In this document: piece after piece, positions 1 through 17,671 of the stretch | Layout of the letters: each line of letters begins with the position of its first letter | Numbering within the stretch: position 1 is the stretch's first letter | Origin: a bacterium | Lineage (GTDB): Bacteria; UBA8248 | NCBI GenBank assembly: GCA_965213685.1 | Contig: CBDBZY010000064.1 | Coordinates: forward strand, 1,280,001-1,344,000 | DNA length: 64,000 nucleotides | Direction of reading: 5' to 3' | Notes under the pieces: generated by a model | What the model was told of the DNA's origin: nothing | Seen by the model: the letters and a program-made list of their open reading frames with translations, nothing else | The model's database searches: none | Position numbers and translations under genes: made by a program

Positions 1-209
1 TAGCTAGACGATCGGAAGGGCCGGAAGGAAACGGAGATCTACGTGTCAACGTCGTTCGCTCGTTCCATCGCGGGAACGCAAGTGTTCTGCGAAAACGACT
101 AGGGATTAAACGTCTTTCTCCGGAGAGCCGTCTATACTGTGTCTACTAAAGAATGGAAGAGATTCGGCGAAAACGAGGGCAGGTCGAGAGAAACGAGCAA
201 CCACGGTTA

Positions 210-1400
<1,191 letters not shown>

Positions 1401-3304
1401 GGCTGGAGGCAGCCTTGATGGATGATGTATGTTTCTGTGGTGTGGGCGGGGGGTTAATTATGTGGGTTGGGATGGATCTACATGTATGTGGATGAGGCAT
1501 CTTTGATTGATAGTGAGTTAGTGGGGGTATAGGTGTGGATGTCATGAGAAAGTGGGATTGTGTGAACACGTGTGTGCAATGTACAGCACCTTGAATTGGT
1601 ACCAGACTTGTACATGTACAGGTACATGTAAGTGTCTGCACTTTCTTTAGGATAGTGATAGTGCATATTACTCGATATTAACATGCTATTGGTACTACAT
1701 ATTACATCAAATTTCACTCTACAAATGTACCTGCAGGATGTACAGAACTTGGCCTAGGCATATACTTGCCTTTCCTCTGGATTAGTAAGCAAGCTTTTGG
1801 AGTGGGTAGGCTCACAGAAAGGGGTAGACCAGGAGCTGGCAAGGAAAGAGTAGATACAGTGAGAAAGAATGAAAGTGTGTTAAATTGTTGGAGCTTCCGA
1901 TGCTCATGTACATGTAGGTTTGAGGAGAAGATAGGTGCCAGTGTCACAGCATAGTAAGAGGATGAGACCACAGACAACCTGCTTTGCTAAATTCCACCAG
2001 CACTGACAGCTTCAAGTGACTCTTCTCTGTGTATTTTGTATTGATGTGTATGTATGTGTGTGTGTGTGTGTGTGTACATGTACTGTACATGTTGTGTGAA
2101 TATGTGCATGTACTTGCTCTTAGATCAGTTTTTTTATGATTTCTTGAAGTTCCCAAATTTGAAGCAACTCGACCCTTTCGCTCACAAAAGGGCGCATTTT
2201 TGCGCACTTTCTAAAACAGCGTAAAACTAGAAAATATGGAACATCGATGATGTAATGTCTGCATGCCTGATAAAAACTCCCACCCACCCCTTGAAGTGGC
2301 CTCTCGGCGCTTGGATGTGGCGGTTGGAGCTTTCATGTAGCTTACATCTCTGCTATTGCATACGTTAAAAAAGCAAGAAGCTTAGCAGGCAATGTAATGA
2401 AGTGTCAGAGAGGGCTAGAGGTGGCTGCTGTGAAGTCAGGGCTCTCGTAGCCATAAATCGGCCGTGCGGCTTCGATCTGTAGGAATACGGAGATTTCAAT
2501 TGGTTGCCAGGAGACTTGCGGACTATGCCGTTGCCATGGAGGTAGCCAGGCGACCGGAAGGGCCGGAAGTAAACGGAAGTCTAAGAAAGACCGTGTCACG
2601 TCGTTCCCTCATTTCATCGCAAAAACGCAAGTATACAGACACCATGTTGCCAGCCAGTACGCCATCTAGAGTACGTTCTCTTTCTTATCCCTTTCGCTCT
2701 CAAAAGTGCGCATTTTTGCGCACTTTCTAAAACAGCGTAAAACTGGAGAAATATGGAACATTTGATGATGTAATGTCGGCATGCGGGCAATTAACTGATA
2801 AAAAACTCCCACGCACCCCTTGAAGTGGCCTCTCGGTGCTTGGATGTGGCGGTCGGAGCTTTGATGTAGCTTTCATCTCTGCTATTGTATAATGAGAGTG
2901 TGTTACTTTGTTCAAGCTTCAGATGTACATGTACATGTAGGTTTGAAGAGGAGGCACATGTACAGTACATGTACATGTACATGTACATGTAGGTGCCAAT
3001 GTCACAGCATAGTAAGAGGAAGCTACCACACACAAGCTGCTTTGCTGAATTCCACCAGCACTGACAGCTTCAACTGACTCTTCTCTGTGTATTTCCTATT
3101 GATTTGTATGTATGTACATGTACATGTATGTGTGAACATGTGCATGTGGATGTATGTATATGTACATGTCCATGTATGTTGAGTGTGTATTCAGTGAGAT
3201 TGTGTGCTCTACACTGTGTTTCCATGATTTTGTATGTATGCATTTGCTTTTAGATCAGTTTTTTGATGATTTCCTGAAGTTTCTAAAATTGAAGCAACCC
3301 TTAA

Positions 3305-3789
3305 TCCTTTCGCTCTCAAAAGTGCACATTTTTGCGCAATTTCTAAAACAGCGTAAAACTGGAGAAATATGGAACATTTGATGATGTAATGTCGGCATGC
3401 GGGCAATTAACTGATAAAAAACTCCCACGCACCCCTTGAAGTGGCCTCTCGGCGCTTGGATGTGGCGGTCGGAGCTTTGATGTAGCTTTCATCTCTGCTA
3501 TTCAATACTTAAAAAAAAGCAAGAAGCTTAGCAGGCAGTGTGATGAAGCGTCAGGGAGGGCTAGAGGTGGCTGGAGTGAAGTCTGGTCTCTGCACGAAGC
3601 CATAAATGGGCCGTGCGGCTTCGATCTGTAGGAATACGGAGATTTGAATTGGTTGCCAGGAGACTTGCGGGTTATGCCGTTGCCATAGAGGTAGCCAGGC
3701 GAGCGGAAGGGCCGGAAGTAAACGGAGATCTAAGAAAGACCGTGTCACGTCGCTCGCTCGTTCCATCGCGGGAACTCAAAGCGAAAAGG
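3305..3789 (+). mobile_element. PB-A terminal unit (MITE-like/LTDR)
   Basis: TTAA at 3301-3304, start TCCTTTCGCT, end AGCGAAAAGG, followed by TTAT. Confidence 0.85.
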
Positions 3790-3954
3790 TTATTCCTTGG
3801 TGTTGCAGCGAAAACGACACGGGATAAAGCGCCTTACTCCGAAGAGTGAGGCATCCCTGCTGTGGCTACGGAAAGAATTAAACAATGGAAGAGGTCAGAA
3901 TAGGCGAAAACGAGAACAGCTCGAGAGAAACGAGCTATCACGGTTAACTGAGAG

Positions 3955-5480
<1,526 letters not shown>

Positions 5481-6278
5481 GCTCGGGGCAGCCCTAATGG
5501 ATAGTGTATGTTTGTGTGGTGTGGGCGGGGAGTTAATTATGTGGGTTGGGATGGATCTATATGTATATGGGTGAGGCATTTTTGATTGATAGTGAGTGAG
5601 CAAGTGAGGGTATGGGTGTGGGTGTTGTGAGTAGGCGTGATTGTGTGCATGCACCTTGAATCGGCAGCAGACTTGTACATGTACATGTGTCTTTGTACTT
5701 TCTTTAGGATAGTGATAGTGCATATTACTCAATATTAACATGCAATTGATACTGCATAATTTCTCTACGATGTACAGAACTTGGCTTAAGGATCTACTTG
5801 CATTTCGTCTGGATTAGTACACATGCAAGCTTTTGGAGCGGGTAAGCTCACAGAAAGGGGTAGGCCAGGAGCTGCCAAGGAAAGAGTAGATACAGTGAGA
5901 AAGAATGAGAGTGTGTTACTTGTTCAAGCTTCAGATGTACATGTACATGTAGGTTTGAAGAGGAGGCACATGTACAGTACATGTACATGTACATGTAGGT
6001 GCCAGTGTCACAGCATAGTAAGAGGATGCTACCACAGACAAGCTTTGCTGAATTCCACCAGCACTGACAGCTTCAACTGACTCTTCTCTGTGTATTTCCT
6101 ATTGATTTGTATGTGTGAACATGTGCATGTGGATGTATGTAAATGTGCATGTACATGTACATGTACATGTATGTTGAGTGTGTATTCAGTGTGTTTCCAT
6201 GATTTTGTATGTATGCATTTGCTTTTAGATCCGTTTTTTGATGATTTCCTGAAGTTTCAAAATTGAAGCAACCCTTAA

Positions 6279-6761
6279 CCCTTTCCCTCTCAAAAGTGCG
6301 CATTTTTGCGCACTTTCTAAAACAGCGTAAAACTGAAGAAATATGGAACATTTGAAGATGTAATGTCGGCATGCGGGCAATTAACAGATAAAAACTCCCA
6401 CGCAGCCCTTGAAGTGGCCTCTCGGTGCTTGGATGTGGCAGTCGGAGCTTTGATGTAGCTTTCATCTATGCTATTGTATACTTTAAAAAAGCAAAAAGCC
6501 TAGCAGGCAGTGTGATGAAGCGTCATGGAGGGCTAGAGGTGGCTGGAGTGAAGTCTGGGCTCTGCACGCAGCCATAAATGGGCCGCGCGGCTTCGATCTG
6601 TAGGAATACAGAGATTTGAATTGGTTGCCAGGAGACTTGCGCGCTATGCCGTTGGCATGGAGGTAGCCAGGCGACCGGATGAGCCGGAAGTAAACGGAGA
6701 TCTAAGAAAGACCGTGTCACGTCGCTCGCTCGTTCCATCGCGGGAACTCAAAGCGAAAGGG
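6279..6761 (+). mobile_element. PB-A terminal unit (MITE-like/LTDR)
   Basis: TTAA at 6275-6278, CCCTTTCCCT...AGCGAAAGGG, then TTAT; piggyBac-type CCC...GGG ends. Confidence 0.9.
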
Positions 6762-6929
6762 TTATAGGAATTGGACATATCGCGTTGGAAAGTTGCTCCC
6801 GAATGTCTGTGCTAGCTGTTACATTTTAGTGAACCATACAAATGCAATATTAGGTTAAAGAAATAGAAGCATGCTTTTCTCTGTTGTTTTTCTTTGGCCT
6901 GGAGCTATAAAGACCAGTGTTTTGTAGCG

Positions 6930-7688
6930 CTGCCGAGCGCAGTATGAGCTTTAGTTAGCGCATAACGTTTTAGAAATCGTTGCGGGCGAATTTTTTTGAA
7001 ACCACTTTCGACTTAGAATTTTCTTTAAAGCCAAACTAGGCATACGCAATCGTGAGACTATACTTCTTCGAATGTTGAATATGTGGAAGAAAGGCTCTTA
7101 CTCTTCAGCACACTAGGTAACCAATAGGTAGATGAAAGGGGGATGAAGACGCAAGTAGCGTATTGTGTGAGACAGTTTTGGTGCAAATAACAGCTATAGG
7201 CAGTAGAAAGTGCATTCAGAAAGGCTTGAGCATCACCAGAAGCAGTAGTCAAGCAGGGACAAAGACTAGTACAACTAGTGTTACCTCACTAGGTCGCCAA
7301 GACACCTGCCTACTCCTGCTCTCCCTGCTGCTGTAGCGTGTAGGCTTACAGCAATTCATTGTTTGCTATGCCGTAATTGACTAGCTTGTGTAGTTATAGC
7401 TGTACCAATTTCTCATCCGAATTGTTGAAAGCTGATGCAAGCTTGGAGCGCAACCAAAGTGGAGCTGAGAGCTTGTCAGCGGAAGGAAGGAGGAGAAAAA
7501 GTAGGCAAATGTCTGGACGACCTAACAACATTGTCACAGAAGACAGCAGAAGAACTTGAGGTGCCTTTTTAATCTGAAATGAATTCAAGAAGACATAGAA
7601 TATCCACTCTTCACATAGAAAAGCTTGGCAGCAAGGGAAGTGGTGACTCAGAACTTGTTCTCATGCATGTTACTTACCTTGCACATAG
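6930..7688. repeat. Dispersed copy of the foldback family arrayed at 26205-30290
   Basis: 7290-7688 is the reverse complement of about 29540-29930; 6980-7270 matches about 28680-28910. Confidence 0.8.
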
Positions 7689-9179
7689 TCAGTTTAGATA
7701 AGAAACTAATTAGTGGTTAGCACTCTTATCAATTGGAATAGAGCTCGTTTGGAATAGAGCAGTTTGAAAAATGTCTGCCTGATTGGCTAACAGTCGCGAA
7801 TACACTACGGTAAAACACTCCGGGCGTACTTTTTCAACAAGTAGTGACCGTTATTACGCGTGACGCAACTTTTCATCAATGATAGTACCATTAATAGTAA
7901 TATTTCTGCACGATGTATAGTGATGGTTGTGATATATGTAATGAAACGTTTGTGCTATACCTATATTTCTTTGACTTAGAAACAATGACTTTTGTAATAA
8001 CTCAATTCATGGTCACTGATGTAGTACTATCTGGTCACTGTAGTTTAAAGATCATCATTATAGCAGTCCTTTTATACCATGATCACTGACTTTCCATTGA
8101 CCTATCATATTTACAACTATATACAGTCTCACATTACTGAACTCTATCTGTGTACTCTTGTCATCAAAATTATGCACAATTAGAGTTAACTGGAGATCAG
8201 AATAATCCTGTAAGCCATAGCTTATACAAATGGCAGACTGTGTTAGACCTTTTAGATCAAAGCTCAAAGCTCCAAGATCAAAGCAGAAAAGAACATTGAC
8301 AGTGCCAACACCATATCCGTGAGTAGCTAAGGAAAGGATTGCTCTACCAAAAAGCAAGGTAACACCAGTGAAGTCTGCATGACAGCGCTTTGGCAGACTA
8401 GCTAGTTGGACAGAAGAAAAGTTGTTTATAGGTGTACGAGTGCCTTTCCTGACATCATGTGAGCTACAGATCGCTGATGAATGATTATACATGTAGTATA
8501 GATAGTGTACGCAGCGCATGTGCATTTGTACCCAGACATGTCTTCTAGTTTTACAGCTATGAAGCGTTGAAAGTTGAATGTTTTTACTCTACACTTTGAG
8601 CCTATCTATCCCCAGGGACCTACAAGTGGTTTGGTTTAGACCACTGGAATGCATCTACCTCTTGATATCTTCAGGCATGTGCAGTTTCTGGTCTTTAGAG
8701 CTATATGCTAACTAATTTTTTGTGTGAACACTTAATTCTCAGATTGGACTACACAGCAATACATGTTCCCTTACGTTCCTGCTCTACGGCAAATACGTTA
8801 TCTCTCCAAACTTTGCTGTATTGTCGTGCCCCTGCGTCTGCCTCTGGATCACATTAGGCCGCCACAGTATGATCAGTGAGCATGAAATGGTCACTGGTGT
8901 AAATGTTTTGGAAATAAAGCAGCCGGTGGCGAATTTCTTGATCCTTTCTCTACCCGTCTTTTTTTACGTCTTTCACTCCCCTTCCCTTCCCTCTGCCGTC
9001 CTCCTCCTCTTCCTCCTTCTCTGTATCTTTCTATCTCTCTCTTTATCTTTGTCTCTGTGTCTCTCCCTCTTTAATTTTATACTCTTTCAACTACATGTAG
9101 CATTCGAAAAAGTACACTTGCAAGGTTACCATATTGAATAGTCCATCACTTTGATGGTAAATTTTGACTGGTGTTAAAG

Positions 9180-9815
9180 TACACCTTATGGGAAGAACTT
9201 GAAAAGAAGGTAGCCAGCTGTATTCACTTTGATGTTGGGTACTATGAAAAGCGTTCTAACAAGTGCTAGTTCGCCACATCTGAAGAACTGGAGGGCATGT
9301 ATGCAAATATAAAAAATCAGGTTATATATCACTATGGTGTGACGCCGAGACTCAGCGTGACAAAAAATCTCGAGAGGAAAGAAAGGAATAAGAATAGTGG
9401 CACATCATCAAAGCTGGAGGAAGATGATGTTGATGAACTCTTAAGGATTCTTACTGAAAAGCATGGTGACACATGCAGTGCACCTCACCGAATACTGTGG
9501 GTTCGAACTATTCACTGTGGCACTCATGAGAGCCACAACACTGCACATGCTCTTCCAACGTTAGGTCCTCCTAAACGCCCTAAGAAGGAAAGGTTTACTG
9601 ATGCAATGGCAAGTGTGCTGTTGTTGCCTTTGCAAAAGCTATGAGCCCATCAATTCAAGAGACTCCAAGTCTTCTACACCACCAGCCTTCAGTCATGCTG
9701 TCCCGAGTACAGACCTGCAAATGAAGAACTTGCAGCAGCTACGTTCTATTAAGAAATTATTTTGACACAAGAAGCAAAAATGAAGCATTTTAGAGGCACT
9801 ACACAAACAAATAAG
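9180..9815 (+). pseudogene. Accessory ORF remnant of Tc1-like element A (unknown function)
   Basis: Translates with stops and frameshifts as VGYYEK..KC*F..EELEGMYA..ISLWCD, LTEKHGDTCSAPHRILWVRTIHCGTHES and DLQMKNLQQL; homologous to 16126-16870. Confidence 0.55.
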
Positions 9816-9849
9816 AAAGGCACTGAAAGATGTCAGTATGGGTATGAGT

Positions 9850-11084
9850 GATTACAGTGCACTTGAATGTGATTTGTTGGTGCTTGATAGTGAGCAGTTA
9901 TTGTACATTCTGCTATCCGATATCCACTCTCTAATCCTCAGAGGTGATGTATGAAAACGTAGCTAGAGGTCGTCTTGAAATATAGTTTCCATGCTCTTCA
10001 GTAGTTACTTGACCTTTGAGAAACTCTTCGATAGGATTCATATCTGGGTTGAAAATGGATAACTGCACCAATGTCAGTGATGATTGATAGAACCCTTGGC
10101 ACATGGTGAACTGAAGTTTTCCAAATAATCACAATACTACCTCCTCGTACTAAAACTCGGTCTATAGCCATATCTTCCCATTACATCTCGACAATATGAA
10201 CCAGTCTCATCTACAAAGATTAGCATGTGAGGCTTATTATTCCTTTCGCTCTCAAAAGTGCGCATTTTTGCGCACTTTCTAAAACAGCGTAAAACTGGAG
10301 AAATATAGAGCATTTGATGATGTAATGTCGGCATGCGGGCAATTAACTGATAAAAAACTCCCACGCACCCCTTGAAGTTGCCTCTCGGCGCTTGGATGTG
10401 GCGGTCAGAGCTTTGATGTAGCTTTCATCTGTGTTATTGTATACTTTAAAAAAAAGCAAGCTTAGCAGGCAGTGTGATGAAGCGTCATGGAGGGCTAGAG
10501 GTGGAGTGAAGTCTGGGCTCTGCACGCAGCCATAAATGGGCCGCGCGGCTTCGATCTGTAGGAATACAGAGATTTGAATTGGTTGCAAGGAGACCTGCGG
10601 GCTATGCCGTTGCCATGAAGGTAGCCAGGCGACCGGAAAGGCCGGAAGTAAACGGAGATCTAAGAAAGACCGTGTCATGTCGCTCTCTCGTTCCATCGCG
10701 GGAACCCAAACAAGAATAAGGAGACATCAACAGCAAATTGTTGTTTTAGCTCTTTGTCTTCTACCTAACCACAATCTGCATTCTTTGGTGGGTAAAATGT
10801 ACACTGTGGAAAAGGTGCAAAGCGATGAAGCACTAATGACTACACCACTAAGTGTCAACACTTCCGTCTGAAGTTCCCTGAAATAGATTCCAGGCTGCTG
10901 TAGCATTTTGTACACTTCTCGTAGCCTTGAACAAGGAAACTACCCAGCTGACTGTCGAATGATCAGTCCCTAAATTGTTAGCGACGACCTGGAGGCCTAT
11001 CCCCAACACCTCTTTCTGCCATGGCATCCTCCATCGAAGGTATTCGCTATAAGTGCTTGTTTTTTCAGGATTACTTGATATCAC
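9850..11084 (-). pseudogene. IS630/Tc1-like DDE_3 transposase A (degenerate, split by a PB-A solo unit)
   Basis: N-terminal YSEYLRWRMPWQ..NLGTDHSTV HTH, MLIFVDETG (first D), and SVHHV...MNPIEE.FSKVK near 10000-10130. Confidence 0.8.
10241..10710 (+). mobile_element. Solo PB-A terminal unit inserted in Tc1-like transposase A
   Basis: TTAT then TCCTTTCGCTCTCAAAAG; colinear with 6279-6761; right TIR eroded. Confidence 0.85.
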
Positions 11085-12997
11085 AAGTGTTCAAGTGCAA
11101 CAGCTCAGGATGTGCGCATGCGCGTACAATTTCAATATATTTCACGTTGCAAGATTGACAAAATTTTCTGTATCACCCAAGTCACAGCTGTTTTGTACAA
11201 CGTCACGTGAGAGGGTTACCAAGTTCTCCGACTGCTATATAGTCTCCACGCGTGGCCGCTGCAAATAGTAGCACTGACGGTTTCAGTTCCGTCTGAACCG
11301 GGCCGCGTTGTGTTGCCGGTACGCCTTTCGCATGGCGTGTGATGAGATCATGCGCGTCGAGAATACGCGTCGTCAACTCTGTCGGAATTTTGAATTTCAA
11401 TGGTGCGTAGATTTCATTTGTAAAGAGACACTGATACAATGATGACATCTGCTGAGCCTACAAGAAAGGCACCATACTCCAATGATATTCGCTAAAAAAT
11501 CGTTTGGCAACGTTTGGCAATGGATCTACCATACTGGAAGATTAGCTCAAAATCTCAGCATCGGGGTAGGTACCGTTACAACGTCTTCAAAACATTTCAA
11601 AACTCCGAAGAAGTTTTAAACTCTTCAAAACGAGGGAGAGCTGACTTACGAGCCCTCACAGCCTCTGAAGATTTTGTGGTTGGACTTGTATTAGAGAGCC
11701 CTTGTTTGTATTTGCGAGAGTTATTGTCAACGAGTAGAAGATATGTGGCGTTTCTGTCTCTGTCCTCTACGATCTGTCGACTTCTAGATCGACACGGCTT
11801 TTCTCGCAAAAAAGTGCAGAAGGTTGCTCTTGAAAGAAATTTTGAGTATCCATGGCTGATATTTTGGAGAATTATACAATAGAAAAACTAGTATGCCTGA
11901 ATGAGATGGGGAGTGATCGTCGAGATGCAATACGCCAATATGGTTATGCTATTCGAGGAGAAACTCCGGTGTGTCATCGCCTACAAGTAAAGAGGTCTAA
12001 GCATATCTACAATTGCAGCACTTTCTAGTGCTGGGGTAGTTGCTACTGAGTTCAAGCTTGAATCAGTTAATTCAGATGATTTTTATGATTTTGTTCGTGG
12101 AAGCCTAATTCCTAACATGCATCCTTATGATGGCATTGCTCCAATATCAGTTGTTCTGATGGACAACTGTTCTTTTCATCATTGTAGATGCGGTTACTGA
12201 TTTATTTGAAGCAGGTGGCATTAAAGTTATCTTTCTTCCTCCTTACAGTACCGATTACAATCCTACAGAACTGGCATTCAGTAGTATAAAATATTATTTG
12301 AAAGAACAGTGTTGTTATGCAGGCTATGCAAGACACCATCCCTTTAACCGATTAATTGCGGCTATTACGCGCACCCGCGTATACCGTAATACGGAATTTA
12401 ATTATTGGACTGAACTTTGACATCCACGGAATGAAGACACAGCTATATCTAGGAACCGGAAAAACTTTTGTACAGGCAAGTTCACATTTTTTGTAAGCAC
12501 TGTTCACGTGCTACCTCGTGATGTCCCCATGACTTTTTCAGACCACGTTGGAAAAGTCTCAGCCGCTTTTCACAACTGGTGAGTGATTGTTCGCGTGTCT
12601 GGGTGGGTTGCAAGTAGCTTAGTGCGTATGTGGACGCAAATATAACTTTCCACAGCCTTAGATATTCAATTCCACACTCGTAGAAGTTGGCAGACGATCG
12701 GTAGACGATCGCACGAGGTAGAGGTTAGCAGCTTAGCGTCCGTTTTATGCGTGCGTTATTTCATTACCCAACGCTAGTTACACGTAGCTGCATTGGAATA
12801 GACGCTGCAATTTTGTAGTCACAAAACCTTCTTTGTCTGACCTAGTTGGATGAAGAGAGATATCTATGACAGAGGTAACAGGGAGATTGATAACAGTAAG
12901 TGCAAGTAACCTAGCATAGCTTACAAACTACATAAACCTGCATGACATTGGATGACATGTATGTGTAGGTGAGGTAAGCAACTTCATTGTGCAGGGG

Positions 12998-15535
<2,538 letters not shown>

Positions 15536-16125
15536 GCAGAGTTAGAACGCTTACTGTATTGTTTACTACGACTTCTACATTTAGAACAGCCTTTGCTTAC
15601 CTCGTACACACGCTGCGGTTGTTTGACTGTAGACAGCTGCACTACGCAGCTGTACATGAACTTCGTCCGCGTTTTACGGTTATTAGTCTTATGTAATCCA
15701 TATTTGCTTAGTTACTTAACTACTACCCCTCCCCATGCTGAGTTAGCAAACGAAGTTTGACAGAGCTAGAGTGTATACTTGCAGCGCTCGAGGCGCTTCC
15801 GGACGCAGGGTAAGATTGACGCTGATCGGCGTCTATCGCCATTTAGCGTCATAACGCGCAGAGCGCCGTTCGGCGTCTATCGCTATTAATCGGTTAATTA
15901 AATGTGCATTTGATCGTATCTCTCCTGAAATGTGTAACAGTTGGATATCATGCTGTTGGTATGTGTAATTTGAGTCTTCATTAATTTTATAACGATATGT
16001 GTATGTGCAAATCATAATACATATACATATACATATCAGATGCAACACAAAGGCACTGCTTCAGGAAATGTACAGGCAACATAACACCACTTTTCACCAC
16101 GTTACTTGTTCATAAGATTTTGTAC

Positions 16126-16870
16126 TTACTTGCGCAGAGACACTGTTTTGATATGCGTCATTGTACTTTTTTGTAGCTCTTGATACTGATCCTCAGAAAG
16201 TGCTCCCTTTTCAAGGAGGTTCACACACTGTCCAAGTTGATCGATCAACTCACATCGCATACTCATTCGTTTACTAGGAGAAGCTTCAGCTGTGGACCCC
16301 AAAGTATAACAGCATGCGGACTTCAATGTAATACCTTTCCCTTGATCACTATTTCTAAAGAATGGGTAGTTTATAGGACAATCAAGAGACGAGTGTTTTT
16401 TCATCTGTATGAGGTTAGCCCAAGTATGTAGCTGCTCAGGAGAATATGTAGTTTCATGTTTACCTTTGAGCTTCTTAAGTATTTCCCAAACTTCAAAGTC
16501 CTTTTCTCGCTGTGTCATGAGATTTTGTTGGTTTGGGTGACTGTGTTCTTTCTCTTTTTCGAGACTAAACACTGACAGAAGCCTTTGGAAAACACCAAAG
16601 GACATCTCTCGTACCTCCATAGTGTGCATACATCTCGATCAGATCACTATCTTCACATAGCCACTCTTGTTTTCCACGCAGTCCATGCCTAGGTACAATG
16701 TAACCGACTTGAATATCCATTGGTTCTGTCAGAGAATGATGTATGTAGTATGTCCTTGAGTTCTTGTATCGTGTTGAAGTAACTTATAGTGAACTTTTCA
16801 ACAGAGTAATCAGACTTCTTGGTGGGATTTATGATCGTCACACTATACTTAAACTGTTACCTGTGTGATG
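16126..16870 (-). pseudogene. Accessory ORF remnant convergent on Tc1-like transposase B
   Basis: VGYIVPRHGLRGKQEWLCEDSDLIEMYAH..VLWCF, then after a frameshift LKGKHETTYSPEQLHTWANLIQMKKHSS and a SHOCT-like tail LLEKGALSEDQYQELQK. Confidence 0.6.
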
Positions 16871-17671
16871 GTGCTGACACCTCTGCAAACTATGAAAGAA
16901 ATAAGGAAATTAAAGTACTCTAGAACCTAATTTAGGTGTGCGATAATTAGAGTAGAGATGTGGCGGGGGGGGGGGGGTTCCTGCACATGGCATTGTAATC
17001 AAGAATACCTGCATGTATTTTGCCAAGACTATTCTTGAATATGTAGCTACCTCAATTTCTGGCACTCCTTCAGGTTGAGGCAAGGACTCAGACTGAGAAC
17101 CCGAACCGTAGTACTTGCTGACGAAAGTACCGTCATAAACTCCGCTGGAAAGGTTGCCAGAGACTGAGTGCTGTCCTAGGAACCAGTTTTCTCGTTCCTC
17201 TGTATTGTCTGCCATGGGTTTATCACCCGGCCACTTACCCAAGTTCTTCAGCGCTGGCATAGTAGATTGTAATGGCTCATACATTCAGGGGAAGTATATG
17301 TCCTTAAGAGAAGCTGGTGAACAGGTTTTGCTGCCAGCAAATCCACCCCCTCCTCTAACTAGTTAGGAGGTTACGGAAGCAACGTTTGAGGATTTAGCTG
17401 GCTATATACCTCAAGTTACTTCAGGCAGGCCCTACCTTAGATTCTATGCCAAGCTATGTATCTTTTTATTCCTGTAGGTCTTGTTTACACTTACTTGGCT
17501 GGTAACGTTGGACAAACTGGAGATGGTGCTTTCAGGGCTCTGGCACGCGGTTACACGCACTGGGCCTCTGGAAGACTACAGGAGCTGCTTGGGAAAGAGG
17601 GGGACTTCACCACCATTCGCTGAGCAAAGTGTGATTGTGCTGCTGGGTAAGTTTTCTTATTGGTCATAATA

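Noticed and set aside
2405-2730. Recurrent short ORF (TRSFLDLRLLPALPVAWLPPWQRH) seen in several places
   Set aside because: It recurs only because it lies in the repeated PB-A terminal unit; no recognisable domain, and ORF ends vary between copies.
9850-12345. Bacterial IS630 contamination
   Set aside because: Embedded among spliceosomal introns, microsatellites and eukaryotic TEs, with nested piggyBac insertions.
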